60,709 nt of DNA, from assembly GCA_001781415.1 (NCBI GenBank), contig MFLT01000008.1:101916-162624 (forward strand), given 5' to 3'. Origin of the DNA: Candidatus Kaiserbacteria bacterium RIFCSPLOWO2_01_FULL_45_25. Lineage in GTDB: Bacteria > Patescibacteriota > Minisyncoccia > Phycocordibacterales > UBA918. Position 1 is the stretch's first letter, and every line of letters begins with the position of its first letter. The notes beneath the pieces were generated by a model. The model was given only the letters and a program-made list of their open reading frames with translations, made no database searches and was not told the DNA's origin. Positions 10,017 through 19,679 of the stretch are shown here, piece after piece. Both the position numbers and the translations under genes were made by a program.

Positions 10017-10457
10017 ATGATGAATCATATTCCCCTACCCACCTACAAAAAAATTCACGCCCTAATGCCTATCCCTTGTGTTGATGTAGTCATCGTCCAC
10101 GACGGAGCCGTCCTCTTGGGACTGAGACTAAATAAGCCTGCCGAAGGGGTGTATTGGTTCCCCGGTGGTCGAGTTCAAAAAGGAGAAACTCTCGCAGCGG
10201 CAGCTAAGAGAAAGGCTGAGGAAGAAACTGGCTTAACTGTAAAGATAGTCAGACAACTGGGCACAGAAGAGACTATGTTCCCAGACGGTCCATTTGACGG
10301 ACCCACTCACACCATCAACGTAGTCTTCTTAGCTACCTGCAAAAACCCGACGAACCTCAAGGCCGACTCACAAAACTCCGACCTCAAGTGGTTTACCAAG
10401 CTCCCCAAAAACTCACCGGGTTATGTCAAAAAATTCACTAAGCTTGCCCTAACTTAA
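10017..10457 (+). CDS. NUDIX hydrolase, GDP-mannose mannosyl hydrolase-like
   Basis: PIPCVDVV..P..G.YWFPGGRVQKGE..EEETG; located between gmd and fcl as Gmm/WcaH usually is. Confidence 0.85.
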   Translation: MMNHIPLPTYKKIHALMPIPCVDVVIVHDGAVLLGLRLNKPAEGVYWFPGGRVQKGETLAAAAKRKAEEETGLTVKIVRQLGTEETMFPDGPFDGPTHTINVVFLATCKNPTNLKADSQNSDLKWFTKLPKNSPGYVKKFTKLALT

Positions 10458-10466
10458 ACAAAGTTA

Positions 10467-10494
10467 AACCCCGTAGTCGCAAGACTACGGGGTT
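10467..10494. terminator. Bidirectional terminator between convergent NUDIX genes
   Basis: AACCCCGTAGTC-GCAA-GACTACGGGGTT. Confidence 0.8.
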
Positions 10495-10519
10495 CTTTGT
10501 TTTGACACAGCCTTGTTGT

Positions 10520-11074
10520 TCAAGGCATGGCCAAAGAACGAACGGGTTCCCGATGCAGATAGGAAATCGCCTTCTGCACATAAATCGGGAACACAATCTC
10601 GTGGGCGGCCTCAGGCGTAAACCAGCGGAACTCGGCCTTGTTGGTATCGAGGTGAATCTGCTGTTCGTATTCCGGCCACACCTGGAAGCAGGTACTGAGG
10701 GTGAAATAGGCTTCGCCGCCCCCTGCACTCTCGGGGTTGCAAATCGACTGCAGCAAGACGAGCTTGGTGCCACAGGCTTCAGGCACAAACCCGAGCTCCT
10801 GCCGGCAGACGCGAGGCAATGCTTCAGCCGGGATTTCGCCTGGCAAGATGCGGCCGCCCGCAAAAAACCACTCGCCCGCCCAAGGAGCTTCACGACGCTT
10901 CGTGAGCAAAAACTCGAAGCCGCGTGCGCCATACCGCGTAGGAATGACATCCGCCGTGGGCGTGTTGGACCACTGGCGGACCGCGCCAGCAACCTCGTCC
11001 GGAATGAATTTCCGCGACCGAGCAAGCTCCGCAATCTGTTCAGCGGACTGAGGATAAAAAGGATCGTGTTGCAT
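10520..11074 (-). CDS. Second, divergent NUDIX hydrolase (GDP-mannose hydrolase-like); SD-bearing accessory gene
   Basis: TPTADV..FLLTKRREAPWAGEWFFAGGRILPGE..RQELG; start moved to ATG 11074, preceded by AAAGGA. Confidence 0.8.
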   Translation of the reverse strand: MQHDPFYPQSAEQIAELARSRKFIPDEVAGAVRQWSNTPTADVIPTRYGARGFEFLLTKRREAPWAGEWFFAGGRILPGEIPAEALPRVCRQELGFVPEACGTKLVLLQSICNPESAGGGEAYFTLSTCFQVWPEYEQQIHLDTNKAEFRWFTPEAAHEIVFPIYVQKAISYLHREPVRSLAMP

Positions 11075-11135
11075 GTCTCTCTTCCTTTCAGGTGTAAAAA
11101 ACAAAAAATCGGACCAATGTCCGAGCCCAACCAGA

Positions 11136-11163
11136 ATTATGGGATATTCCATACATAAGTCAA
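11136..11163 (-). promoter_or_regulatory. sigma70-type promoter of the reverse NUDIX gene
   Basis: TTGACT-16 bp-CATAAT on the minus strand. Confidence 0.65.
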
Positions 11164-11214
11164 GCAACCCCTTTTGTTCTTATCTTGTTAGAATAAGTGA
11201 TATCATAAAAACTT

Positions 11215-12153
11215 ATGGAAACAACATCTAAAATTTACGTAGCCGGTCATCGCGGTCTCGTGGGCTCTGCTATTGTACGAGCACTAACAACCCAAGGCTT
11301 TACCAATCTCATTACGCGCACAAGTAAAGAACTGGATCTCACCAACCAAGTAGCAGTGAGTGAATTTTTCTCAACAGAAAAGCCTGAGTATGTTTTACTA
11401 GCGGCAGCCAAGGTGGGCGGAATCATGGCCAACAAAACCTACCCCGCTGAATTCATATACCAAAACCTCCAGATTCAAAACAACGTCATAGAGAACGCCC
11501 ACAAAAACGACGTCAAAAAACTTCTCTTCTTGGGAAGTTCTTGTATCTACCCAAAGATGGCTCCACAACCAATTAAAGAGGAATATCTTCTTACTGGTGA
11601 GCTTGAACCATCAAACGAGGCGTATGCCATTGCCAAGATTGCTGGTATCAAAATGTGTCAGTCATATAACACACAGTATGGAACAAACTACATCAGTGTG
11701 ATGCCGACCAACCTCTATGGTGAAAACGACAACTTCGACCTAGAGACCTCACACGTCCTCCCTGCCCTAATCCGGCGCTTTGACGAAGCCAAGACCAACA
11801 ATCTTCCTAGTGTCACCCTCTGGGGCTCTGGCACACCAATGCGTGAGTTCTTGTATGTAGACGATTTAGCTGATGCCTGTGTCCACCTCATGCAGACCTA
11901 CGACCACAGCAACGAGATTGTAAACATCGGCACTGGCGAAGACGTCACTATTAAAGAATTGGCCGAGACCATTGCCGCCACAATTGGCTACACCGGCACC
12001 CTAGAGTGGGACACCACTAAGCCAGACGGCACCCCACGCAAACTCCTCGATGTATCAAAACTCCACTCTCTTGGTTTCAAGCACAAAATCTCACTTGAAG
12101 ACGGTATCAAAAAAACCTACCGGTGGTATAAAGAAAATAACCCTGTAAAATAA
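11215..12153 (+). CDS. fcl: GDP-L-fucose synthase
   Basis: [61 protein letters not shown]. Confidence 0.98.
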   Translation: METTSKIYVAGHRGLVGSAIVRALTTQGFTNLITRTSKELDLTNQVAVSEFFSTEKPEYVLLAAAKVGGIMANKTYPAEFIYQNLQIQNNVIENAHKNDVKKLLFLGSSCIYPKMAPQPIKEEYLLTGELEPSNEAYAIAKIAGIKMCQSYNTQYGTNYISVMPTNLYGENDNFDLETSHVLPALIRRFDEAKTNNLPSVTLWGSGTPMREFLYVDDLADACVHLMQTYDHSNEIVNIGTGEDVTIKELAETIAATIGYTGTLEWDTTKPDGTPRKLLDVSKLHSLGFKHKISLEDGIKKTYRWYKENNPVK

Positions 12154-12159
12154 CTGGTC

Positions 12160-12849
12160 ATGTCTCACACGACAGTAACAGACTTTACACATATTGAACT
12201 GTCTTCACACATAAAGACAGTTCTTCTTGATTTAGACAACACCTGCTACCAATACGACCCGTGCCACCAAGCTGCCATGCAAGACTTCAGGCAGGCTCTA
12301 GAAAGTATCGCTGGTCCTATTCCTGACTTTGATACGCTATATAAAGCAGCGCAGCAACAAGTGAAAGTCCGCATCCCCACTCATGCCGCCAGCCACAGTA
12401 GAGTTCTCTACGCTCAAGCCCTATGCGAGCTCATTGGTCGGACCGACGCCCATATCCATGCAGCCCACTTAGAAAAAGTCTACTGGGATACCTTCCTTAG
12501 CACTATGCAAAAAACTGCTGGGTTAGACGCTTTTCTTGCGCATTGCCGAAAAAGTGATACAACAGTTGTAGTTGTTTCTGACCTTACTACCACCATTCAA
12601 TGCCAAAAGCTGGTCGCTCTACATATTGCAGAAAATATAGACTTTTTAGTTACTGCTGAAGAAGTGGGTGCAGACAAACCTGACCCAAAGCCCTTTTTGG
12701 TAGCTCTAGAGAAAGCTGGGGGCGATATACAGACATCGATAGTAATTGGAGATAACTATGAACGCGACATAGAAGGAGCTATGGCTCTTGGCATCGCCAG
12801 TATTCTGATTACTCATGACACAAAAAATCAAACAACTCCTGTACGATAA
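12160..12849 (+). CDS. HAD-superfamily phosphatase
   Basis: Motif I LDLDNT, motif III DKP, motif IV GDNYERD. Confidence 0.9.
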   Translation: MSHTTVTDFTHIELSSHIKTVLLDLDNTCYQYDPCHQAAMQDFRQALESIAGPIPDFDTLYKAAQQQVKVRIPTHAASHSRVLYAQALCELIGRTDAHIHAAHLEKVYWDTFLSTMQKTAGLDAFLAHCRKSDTTVVVVSDLTTTIQCQKLVALHIAENIDFLVTAEEVGADKPDPKPFLVALEKAGGDIQTSIVIGDNYERDIEGAMALGIASILITHDTKNQTTPVR

Positions 12850-15800
12850 AACTGGTCACTTTAAACTTACCTTTCTTTCTTCGTATCTTTTTGTTTTTGG
12901 ACTAATCGCCAAGCTCTACGCAGCCACATTTTTTACTGGAGAAAATTTTACACATTTATTTACCCCATTTCTTAAGTCGTTTATTTTACAAGCTGGCAAT
13001 CCCTACCAATTCTTTTTTCAAAATGGTCTCCTTGAAGCTTTTCCCTATCCGCAACTGATGTTATATGTGATGTCTGCTCCCGCAACCATCATGGGTCAAC
13101 TCCTAGGCCCAGAACTATTTATTGTAACTCCTGGTGACTCACTCCTTTTCCACCTGCCTATACTAGCAGCCGACATCGTCATACTGGTAGTACTTTCTAG
13201 ATGGCTCAAAAATAAACATACAGAATTACTGTGGTTATACTGGCTTTCTCCAATCCTCTTCTACATCAACTACATCCACAGCCAACTTGATGCAGTACCA
13301 ATTGCCCTCACTTTTGTATTTCTATATTTTTTGTTTAAAGAGCGCTGGCTGTATGCTTTCATTTTTCTCGGTGCGGCCATCGCTACCAAATTCCATATAA
13401 TAATCCTACTTCCCTTTACACTAATTTATTTGTGGCGTCGTCGGGTATCAAAAGTACTCATTAGTATATTTGCAGCTCTGCCAATTCTGGTTTTTCTTAT
13501 CGTCAACAATATACAACTTCTCAGTGAGGCGTTTTTAACTATTGTCTTTGCCAATCGTGAACAAGGTAAAGTATTTGATTTACAGATGTCCCTAGGTAGT
13601 GAGCATGTACTTTATATAATTCCTTTTGCGTACATTCTATTATTTTTACACGCACTTACCTTTACTCGACTCAACCGTGACACCTTTGTCATGTTCTTGG
13701 GGTTCAGCTTCGGTATTTTAACTCTTGGCATTCCACCAATGCAGGGTTGGTACTATTGGATACTTCCCTTTTTGATATATTTTTATGTTAAAAACGAACA
13801 ATTCTCAAAAGTACCGTTCATTATTCTTACCGCTGCGTACTTTGTACATTTTGCACTTATTCCTGATTCGGACTATGTTTCAGTTTTTAGTGCCATAGCA
13901 CCTGCGGTAGCCTCCTTACCAAACCCATATGAACTAATCAGTAACGCTGGCTTCGATGCTGATTTGGTAAGTAACTTAGCTTTGAGTTTTCTACAAGCCT
14001 GTCTATTCATGAATGTGCTGTGGCTATACCGTCGTGGTGTAGAAGAAAGTAAAAAACAAAAGTTATACAACATGCCATACCTTATTGGTATTGCTGGTGA
14101 TTCTGGTAGTGGCAAGAGCACCTTAACTGATCTATTTGTTGACCTATTTGGTACCAAGCACGTAGCTATAGTACCTGGTGATGCAATGCATAAATGGGAA
14201 CGAGGAGATACCATGTGGAGTAAATTTACCCACCTCGACCCTAGAGCAAATCAATTGCACCACGACCTAGAATATGTCCGTCAATTGCAAAGCGGGCAAG
14301 ATATCTACCGTCGCCATTATGACCACCATACTGGTAAATTTTCAACTCCAGACAAGCTAGAGTCGAAGTCGGTCGTAGTCTTTGAAGGACTACACTCTTT
14401 CTTCTTAACTGAGATGCAGCAGGCGCTTGATCTAAAAGTATTCATCAAACCCGACGATCAACTACGCACTCACTGGAAAGTAAAGCGTGATATGGCTGAC
14501 CGTGGCTATACCAAAGACAAGGTACTCGCCCAACTCAAAACCCGCGAGCAAGACGCCAAAGAATACGTAAACATCCAAGAGAAATACGCCGATATTACTT
14601 TCTCACTAAAGTCCCTCATCACCATTCCTGAGACAGACATTGGTACTGATATTAATGTACCGGTTTATCTGGAAATCACTTGCGATAATAAGATCTACCT
14701 TGAGCCATTCCTCGAGACACTTTCTACGTATGTAAACATTGAGCACACCTTTACCGACAAACACCAAATAGTGAGCTTAACTGGTTCAATCTCTGGTTCA
14801 GTACTAGAACACCTATCGTACTCACTCGTGCCAGACTTGTTTGATATTGTTACCGAAAAACCACACTGGTCTTCCGATCATCGCGGCATCATGCAGCTCT
14901 TTATCTCGTACTACATTCTCAACTCTCTCAACTATAATCGTCAATCAACTCCGACTAAACCTTTGCGTAGAAACGCTACACTTACCGATATCGTACAGAG
15001 TGCCAACCTAATTGGTGCTGAGTGTACTTACGTACAAGGTGGAGGAGGCAATGTTTCTGTAAAAATCAATAATGACGTCATGGCTGTAAAAGCCTCTGGA
15101 CTACGCTTGGAGGAACTCCAAGAAACATCTGGTTTTGTCGGTATCGACCACTGTGCAGTACGGCGCTTTTTTAATACCCCGCGTGACAACAATACTGACG
15201 CTAAAGCCCTAGCGACGGCTTACAATGCAGCAATCTCGGCCAGCAAAGTAGCGTTGCCGGGCTATCCTGACACAGAACTTCGACCATCAATTGAGACCGG
15301 ATTTCATGCCATCCTCGATACCGCTGTGATTCACACTCATTCTGTCTTCGTAAATATCCTGACTTGTAGTAACGAAGGTACCGACATCTTGAAGAAACTT
15401 TTTCCCGAAGCTGCCTTTGTCCCCTACTACACCCCCGGAGCCTCACTTACATTTGCCATCAGTCAATTCTTAAAGACCGCTCCATATACCGTTTTCTTTC
15501 TGGAGAATCATGGAGTTATTGTCTCAGGCAAGACAGTAGCTGAAGCTCATTCCAAGCACGCTGAGATAAACTCTGTCATTAAAAAATACCTCCACCTCCG
15601 TGACGATTTCCCTGTTACTGCCGTAGTTACCGAAGCTGATGGTCGGCTAGTAAGCAACCACGCCTCTTTGCGTGCGTTCATTTTAAAACACTCAGACTTA
15701 CTCCCCATCTTTACTGAGACGATTCTATTTCCAGACCAGGTAGTATATTGCACCAAGTTTGGCTTTGCGGGAGATAATAAACCAATTACCGTAGACAGAG

Positions 15801-15991
15801 TGACTGGAGAGATTACCTATGATGTATCATATAAAGAAGCCCTAGCCTTTATTGAAACGTTTGTTGCTTGGGTATATATTGAATCAGAAATTCGCCGCCA
15901 CAACTTCATCCACAAACTCATAACTGCCGAAGAAGGCCAATACATCCTAAACATGGACAGCGAAAAATACCGCCAAAGACTAATCACTTAG
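12815..15991 (+). CDS. Three-domain fusion: GT-C-like membrane domain + uridine kinase/phosphoribulokinase-like kinase + class II aldolase/epimerase
   Basis: N-terminal ~410 aa polytopic region with YIHSQLD; IGIAGDSGSGKST P-loop and FEGLH from about 14072; QGGGGNVSVK, VKASG, RPSIETGFH, VIHTH, LENHG from about 14980. Confidence 0.85.
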   Translation: MTQKIKQLLYDKTGHFKLTFLSSYLFVFGLIAKLYAATFFTGENFTHLFTPFLKSFILQAGNPYQFFFQNGLLEAFPYPQLMLYVMSAPATIMGQLLGPELFIVTPGDSLLFHLPILAADIVILVVLSRWLKNKHTELLWLYWLSPILFYINYIHSQLDAVPIALTFVFLYFLFKERWLYAFIFLGAAIATKFHIIILLPFTLIYLWRRRVSKVLISIFAALPILVFLIVNNIQLLSEAFLTIVFANREQGKVFDLQMSLGSEHVLYIIPFAYILLFLHALTFTRLNRDTFVMFLGFSFGILTLGIPPMQGWYYWILPFLIYFYVKNEQFSKVPFIILTAAYFVHFALIPDSDYVSVFSAIAPAVASLPNPYELISNAGFDADLVSNLALSFLQACLFMNVLWLYRRGVEESKKQKLYNMPYLIGIAGDSGSGKSTLTDLFVDLFGTKHVAIVPGDAMHKWERGDTMWSKFTHLDPRANQLHHDLEYVRQLQSGQDIYRRHYDHHTGKFSTPDKLESKSVVVFEGLHSFFLTEMQQALDLKVFIKPDDQLRTHWKVKRDMADRGYTKDKVLAQLKTREQDAKEYVNIQEKYADITFSLKSLITIPETDIGTDINVPVYLEITCDNKIYLEPFLETLSTYVNIEHTFTDKHQIVSLTGSISGSVLEHLSYSLVPDLFDIVTEKPHWSSDHRGIMQLFISYYILNSLNYNRQSTPTKPLRRNATLTDIVQSANLIGAECTYVQGGGGNVSVKINNDVMAVKASGLRLEELQETSGFVGIDHCAVRRFFNTPRDNNTDAKALATAYNAAISASKVALPGYPDTELRPSIETGFHAILDTAVIHTHSVFVNILTCSNEGTDILKKLFPEAAFVPYYTPGASLTFAISQFLKTAPYTVFFLENHGVIVSGKTVAEAHSKHAEINSVIKKYLHLRDDFPVTAVVTEADGRLVSNHASLRAFILKHSDLLPIFTETILFPDQVVYCTKFGFAGDNKPITVDRVTGEITYDVSYKEALAFIETFVAWVYIESEIRRHNFIHKLITAEEGQYILNMDSEKYRQRLIT

Positions 15992-16061
15992 TACCATTAA
16001 AAATTAGTTGCTACATCACTATTAACTTGATGGTGTTATATAGCGATTTACAGTTAACAAA

Positions 16062-16086
16062 AACCCGCTTCACGTGGAAGCGGGTT
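16062..16086. terminator. Bidirectional terminator
   Basis: AACCCGCTTC-ACGTG-GAAGCGGGTT between convergent genes. Confidence 0.75.
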
Positions 16087-16111
16087 ATTTTTATACCTGT
16101 TTCTTGTCTAA

Positions 16112-16741
16112 TTAAAGACCACTAGCCTCCCACTGCGGTGCTTCTTCGAGAGAAGTCATAACGGCTGTTGGCGAAAAATTGAGAGCCTTCATCTCAGCAA
16201 CGTACGCCGCGATATCTGCCGGTCGACCCCACCGCTCGGGACAAACCAAACAGGTCTTAAAGCCCTGCAAGCGACGCACAATATCTGCGTCAAGCGGAAG
16301 TTGAGTGTTGGTATCGATCCAGACCCAATCGAGAAGCGGCTGTCCATCGACTACCTGTGCCTCGACTGCCTCAATAGGCTCAGCTTCGCTGTAACGAACA
16401 GCAATCTTCCTGACGCCTTCTTTGCGCGTAGCCCGGTAAAGATAAGGGAACTCGACATCAAGCAGGAAGTAGTCGCTTATGCCATAACTTTCGACCAAAT
16501 CCATCGCTACTTGCTCGTAGCCAGCCTCCTTCAGATTGAGGATGATGCCGCCAGTCAGACCACGATCGACGTAAGCCTCGAGAAAAGTCTCAAGATCTAC
16601 GTATTCGATGTCACTTTTCAGCGGATCATGATTCAGCAGCATTCGCTCGCCCCAGCCACGAATATCAATTTCAACCCCAAAGTGTTGTGGGACACGAGCC
16701 AGCTTTTCCAAGGTGTTAACTCTGTGTGCAAATATTTTCAT
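16112..16741 (-). CDS. Glycerophosphodiester-phosphodiesterase-like (PI-PLC/GDPD fold) protein; SD-bearing accessory gene
   Basis: AHRVN..GVEIDIR..LNHD motifs, WVWID, CLVCPE; AGGAG 5 nt before ATG; TTGACA at 16817-16822. Confidence 0.75.
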   Translation of the reverse strand: MKIFAHRVNTLEKLARVPQHFGVEIDIRGWGERMLLNHDPLKSDIEYVDLETFLEAYVDRGLTGGIILNLKEAGYEQVAMDLVESYGISDYFLLDVEFPYLYRATRKEGVRKIAVRYSEAEPIEAVEAQVVDGQPLLDWVWIDTNTQLPLDADIVRRLQGFKTCLVCPERWGRPADIAAYVAEMKALNFSPTAVMTSLEEAPQWEASGL

Positions 16742-16875
16742 ATAGACTCCTGCTTATCAATTGGGATACAAAATTGCACCCCTTCTAGTTCGGATAATTA
16801 CACAAATATAAACTACTGTCAATAATAGATCTCGTAATGATTAAAGAATTATTATGTATAATAATCACACATTTT

Positions 16876-17772
16876 ATGAAATTAGTCATCCCAATGTCAG
16901 GTAGTGGTAGCCGTTTCGTTCAGGCTGGCTACTCTTCGCTTAAGCCACTGATTTTAGTTGAAGGTCGTCCACTCATTGCTCATGTCCTCGATATGTTTCC
17001 TGGCGAAGAGGATGTTGTATTTATCTGTAATCCAGAACACATAGCTACAACTGACGTGGTAGCTATACTCAAATCCCTTAAACCTAACTGCACGATAATC
17101 ACTACCGCGCCAGGTAAACAAAAAGGACCGGTAGAAGCCCTCACACACGCCTTTACTGTCATTGGTGACGATGAAGATGTGCTAGTAAGTTATTGCGACT
17201 TTACTCAAGCGTGGGACTACGCTACCTTTAAAGACTCCACCAAGACTGGTCAATTCGCTGGAGCCGTACCTGCCTACACCGGCTTTCACCCTCACCTGCT
17301 TAGGAAAAACCTCTATGCCGGAATAATTGCTGATCAAAATAATGTAATGCTCAATATACAAGAGAAGCACTGCTTCACTGAAAATCCAGAGGATTCATAT
17401 CATTCAGGCGGCATATACTACTTTGCTTCAGGAGAACTACTTAAGCGCTATGCTACAGAATTAATTAAAAGTGGTGTAAACCTAAATGGTGAATACTACG
17501 CAAGTATGATGTACCCATTATTACTGAAAGATAACCATTCAGTATCCGTCCCTACAGCAGACACCTTTATGCAATGGGGCACACCTGAAGATTTAGAAGA
17601 GTACGAAGCTTGGTCCAGACTGCTACATGCAGAGCTAGGCCTACAAAAGCAAAGGACAGATATACCAGAAGCGAGAGAAGAATTAGTAAAAATCCCCTAC
17701 CCCGAAAATTCTCCTGAGTTTCAAAAGAGTTATAGGTACTGGCACAATTATTTTAAACAATCACAACTATGA
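16876..17772 (+). CDS. Sugar-phosphate nucleotidyltransferase-family protein 1
   Basis: LVIPMSGSGSRFVQAGY..LKPLI, SYCD, WGTPEDL; start moved to ATG 16876. Confidence 0.85.
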   Translation: MKLVIPMSGSGSRFVQAGYSSLKPLILVEGRPLIAHVLDMFPGEEDVVFICNPEHIATTDVVAILKSLKPNCTIITTAPGKQKGPVEALTHAFTVIGDDEDVLVSYCDFTQAWDYATFKDSTKTGQFAGAVPAYTGFHPHLLRKNLYAGIIADQNNVMLNIQEKHCFTENPEDSYHSGGIYYFASGELLKRYATELIKSGVNLNGEYYASMMYPLLLKDNHSVSVPTADTFMQWGTPEDLEEYEAWSRLLHAELGLQKQRTDIPEAREELVKIPYPENSPEFQKSYRYWHNYFKQSQL

Positions 17773-18587
17773 TAAACATCATTCCTATGGCCGGCCTTGG
17801 TTCACGATTTGCTCAAGAAGGCTACCTGTTACCAAAGGCTCTTGTTCCCGTTTCTGGTAAACCAATGATCACACAAGTAATTAACCATCTACCAGAAGCC
17901 GAAAAATCTGTCTTCATCATACGCAAGGAACATCTTACTGATTATAAAATTGATGAAGTTATTAAAAACACACAAATAAATACAAGAATAATTGCTCTTG
18001 ATAAAACTACCGAGGGTCAAGCCTCTACTTGTCTTCTAGGACTTGAAGGGGTGGATGATGAGGAAGAAGTTTTTATCAGTGCTTGTGATAATGCTTTTGT
18101 TTTTAATGTTGAGAAATTCGAGGCTTTAAAAAAAAGAAGTGATGTTGATTGCATTGTCTGGACATTCACTCAGGATGAACTTCTAACCGCCAAACCTGAA
18201 GCTTGGGGCTGGATTAAACTAGATAGCGACGGTGAAACTATCAACGATATGTCGGTCAAAATCCCAGTTTCTGACGACCCTTTTAATGACCACGCAGTAG
18301 TGGCCACATTTTGGTTTCGCCGGGCTGGTGACTACAAAGCTGCTTACGCCAAAATGGTTGAAGAAAACCATCGTGTCAACAATGAGTTTTATGTTGACTC
18401 AATGCCGGTATTTATGAACAAATTAGGGAAAAAAAGTGTCATCTTCCCAGTTGATTTATATGTTGGTTGGGGCAAGCCGGCCGACCTACACCTCTACGAT
18501 TTACGCGAATATCAATACGAGATAAAACAAGGGGAGGGCTTCGAAAACAAAAACTGGCACTCTTACTTCTCTCACCTTTCAAAATAA
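17769..18587 (+). CDS. Sugar-phosphate nucleotidyltransferase-family protein 2
   Basis: IIPMAGLGSRFAQEGY..PKALV, TEGQASTC, SACD, NNEFYV, GWGKPADL; ATGA overlap with the previous gene. Confidence 0.85.
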   Translation: MINIIPMAGLGSRFAQEGYLLPKALVPVSGKPMITQVINHLPEAEKSVFIIRKEHLTDYKIDEVIKNTQINTRIIALDKTTEGQASTCLLGLEGVDDEEEVFISACDNAFVFNVEKFEALKKRSDVDCIVWTFTQDELLTAKPEAWGWIKLDSDGETINDMSVKIPVSDDPFNDHAVVATFWFRRAGDYKAAYAKMVEENHRVNNEFYVDSMPVFMNKLGKKSVIFPVDLYVGWGKPADLHLYDLREYQYEIKQGEGFENKNWHSYFSHLSK

Positions 18588-18652
18588 AAACCCCATAAGA
18601 CCAAAAAGGTCGATGGGGTCGGTCCAAGATTTAACTTGAACCAAATGGAACA

Positions 18653-19552
18653 TCAGGCGGTCATCAACACTTCCTTGAAAATCGTGACCAACCGCTCGGC
18701 GGTCTCGGCATTGTTGGCCCCAATCATGAAGTTGGCGTCCATGACCGAGAGCGGGACGACCTCTTGCAAAGTGCCACCCTTGTTGCTGAAACTCTGCACA
18801 ACTCCTCCAGCTTCAGTCACCAACAGTCCCGGCGTGATGTCGTGCGGACCACCACGGCAGGTAGTGATAACCCCCGCCACGGAGTTCCGTCCCAGCGCGA
18901 GCAGAGCGTAATGTCCGCAGTTGGTACCCATGGCATACGTGATGCCGATATCGTTGAGGGCGACCATGAGCCGTCCCCAAGTTGCCGGTGAAGTAACCGG
19001 ATGGTCCTTCAGAGCAAAGCCGTGGTAGCAGTCGACCAAGACGACCGAGCCAGAGCCAAACTGACCCGCCCAGACCTTGGTTTCTTCCGCCACATGCAAG
19101 TCTGCTTCGAGATCACCACTGCTGTAGAAAGCAAAGGTGCCCGAACCTTCCTCAGCAAACATCACCTTGCCAGTAGCGGGCTCACCGACCACGCAAGCCG
19201 TCACCGTCTTGCGTTTGATGTCATAGAGAGCCACGCTCACGGTTGAGGTGGGAGCGCCGATGGCAAAGGGCTTAGAGCCATCCAGCGGATCGACCAGAAA
19301 GACCAAGTCCTGCTTACCGCCGCCCTGATCGACAAACCCCACCTCCTCCGACCACACGTCGTAAGGAGATTGCTTCAACACCGCGAGTATGGCCGCTTCG
19401 CTCACCTTGTCCCATTTGGTGACCACGGTGTTTTGACCATCACCTTGCTTGGTCACGACCTGGCCCACGGCACTACGTTGACCAAGACGAACCTGAGCCA
19501 TACCGGCCAGAGTCGCCTGAATCATCGTTTGCATCACTTTAGTTGAACTCAT
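18653..19552 (-). CDS. Divergent inositol monophosphatase (FIG superfamily) protein; SD-bearing accessory gene
   Basis: VTKWD..SE, WSEE, LVDPLDGS motifs; GAGG 5 nt before ATG. Confidence 0.8.
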   Translation of the reverse strand: MSSTKVMQTMIQATLAGMAQVRLGQRSAVGQVVTKQGDGQNTVVTKWDKVSEAAILAVLKQSPYDVWSEEVGFVDQGGGKQDLVFLVDPLDGSKPFAIGAPTSTVSVALYDIKRKTVTACVVGEPATGKVMFAEEGSGTFAFYSSGDLEADLHVAEETKVWAGQFGSGSVVLVDCYHGFALKDHPVTSPATWGRLMVALNDIGITYAMGTNCGHYALLALGRNSVAGVITTCRGGPHDITPGLLVTEAGGVVQSFSNKGGTLQEVVPLSVMDANFMIGANNAETAERLVTIFKEVLMTA

Positions 19553-19597
19553 TTGGACCTCACAATAAAAGATTGTTTTGGGACCATTCCCAAAAGC

Positions 19598-19625
19598 ACT
19601 GTACCTGGGATATTCAAAAAGTCAA
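19598..19625 (-). promoter_or_regulatory. sigma70-type promoter of the IMPase-like gene
   Basis: TTGACT-16 bp-TACAGT on the minus strand. Confidence 0.6.
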
Positions 19626-19632
19626 TAAATTC

Positions 19633-19663
19633 AGCCCCCTCGCACACGTGGTGAAAGGGGGCT
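19633..19663. terminator. Terminator-like hairpin after the 2H gene
   Basis: AGCCCCCT...AGGGGGCT followed by TTTT on +. Confidence 0.6.
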
Positions 19664-19679
19664 TTTTGACTGATGACAT

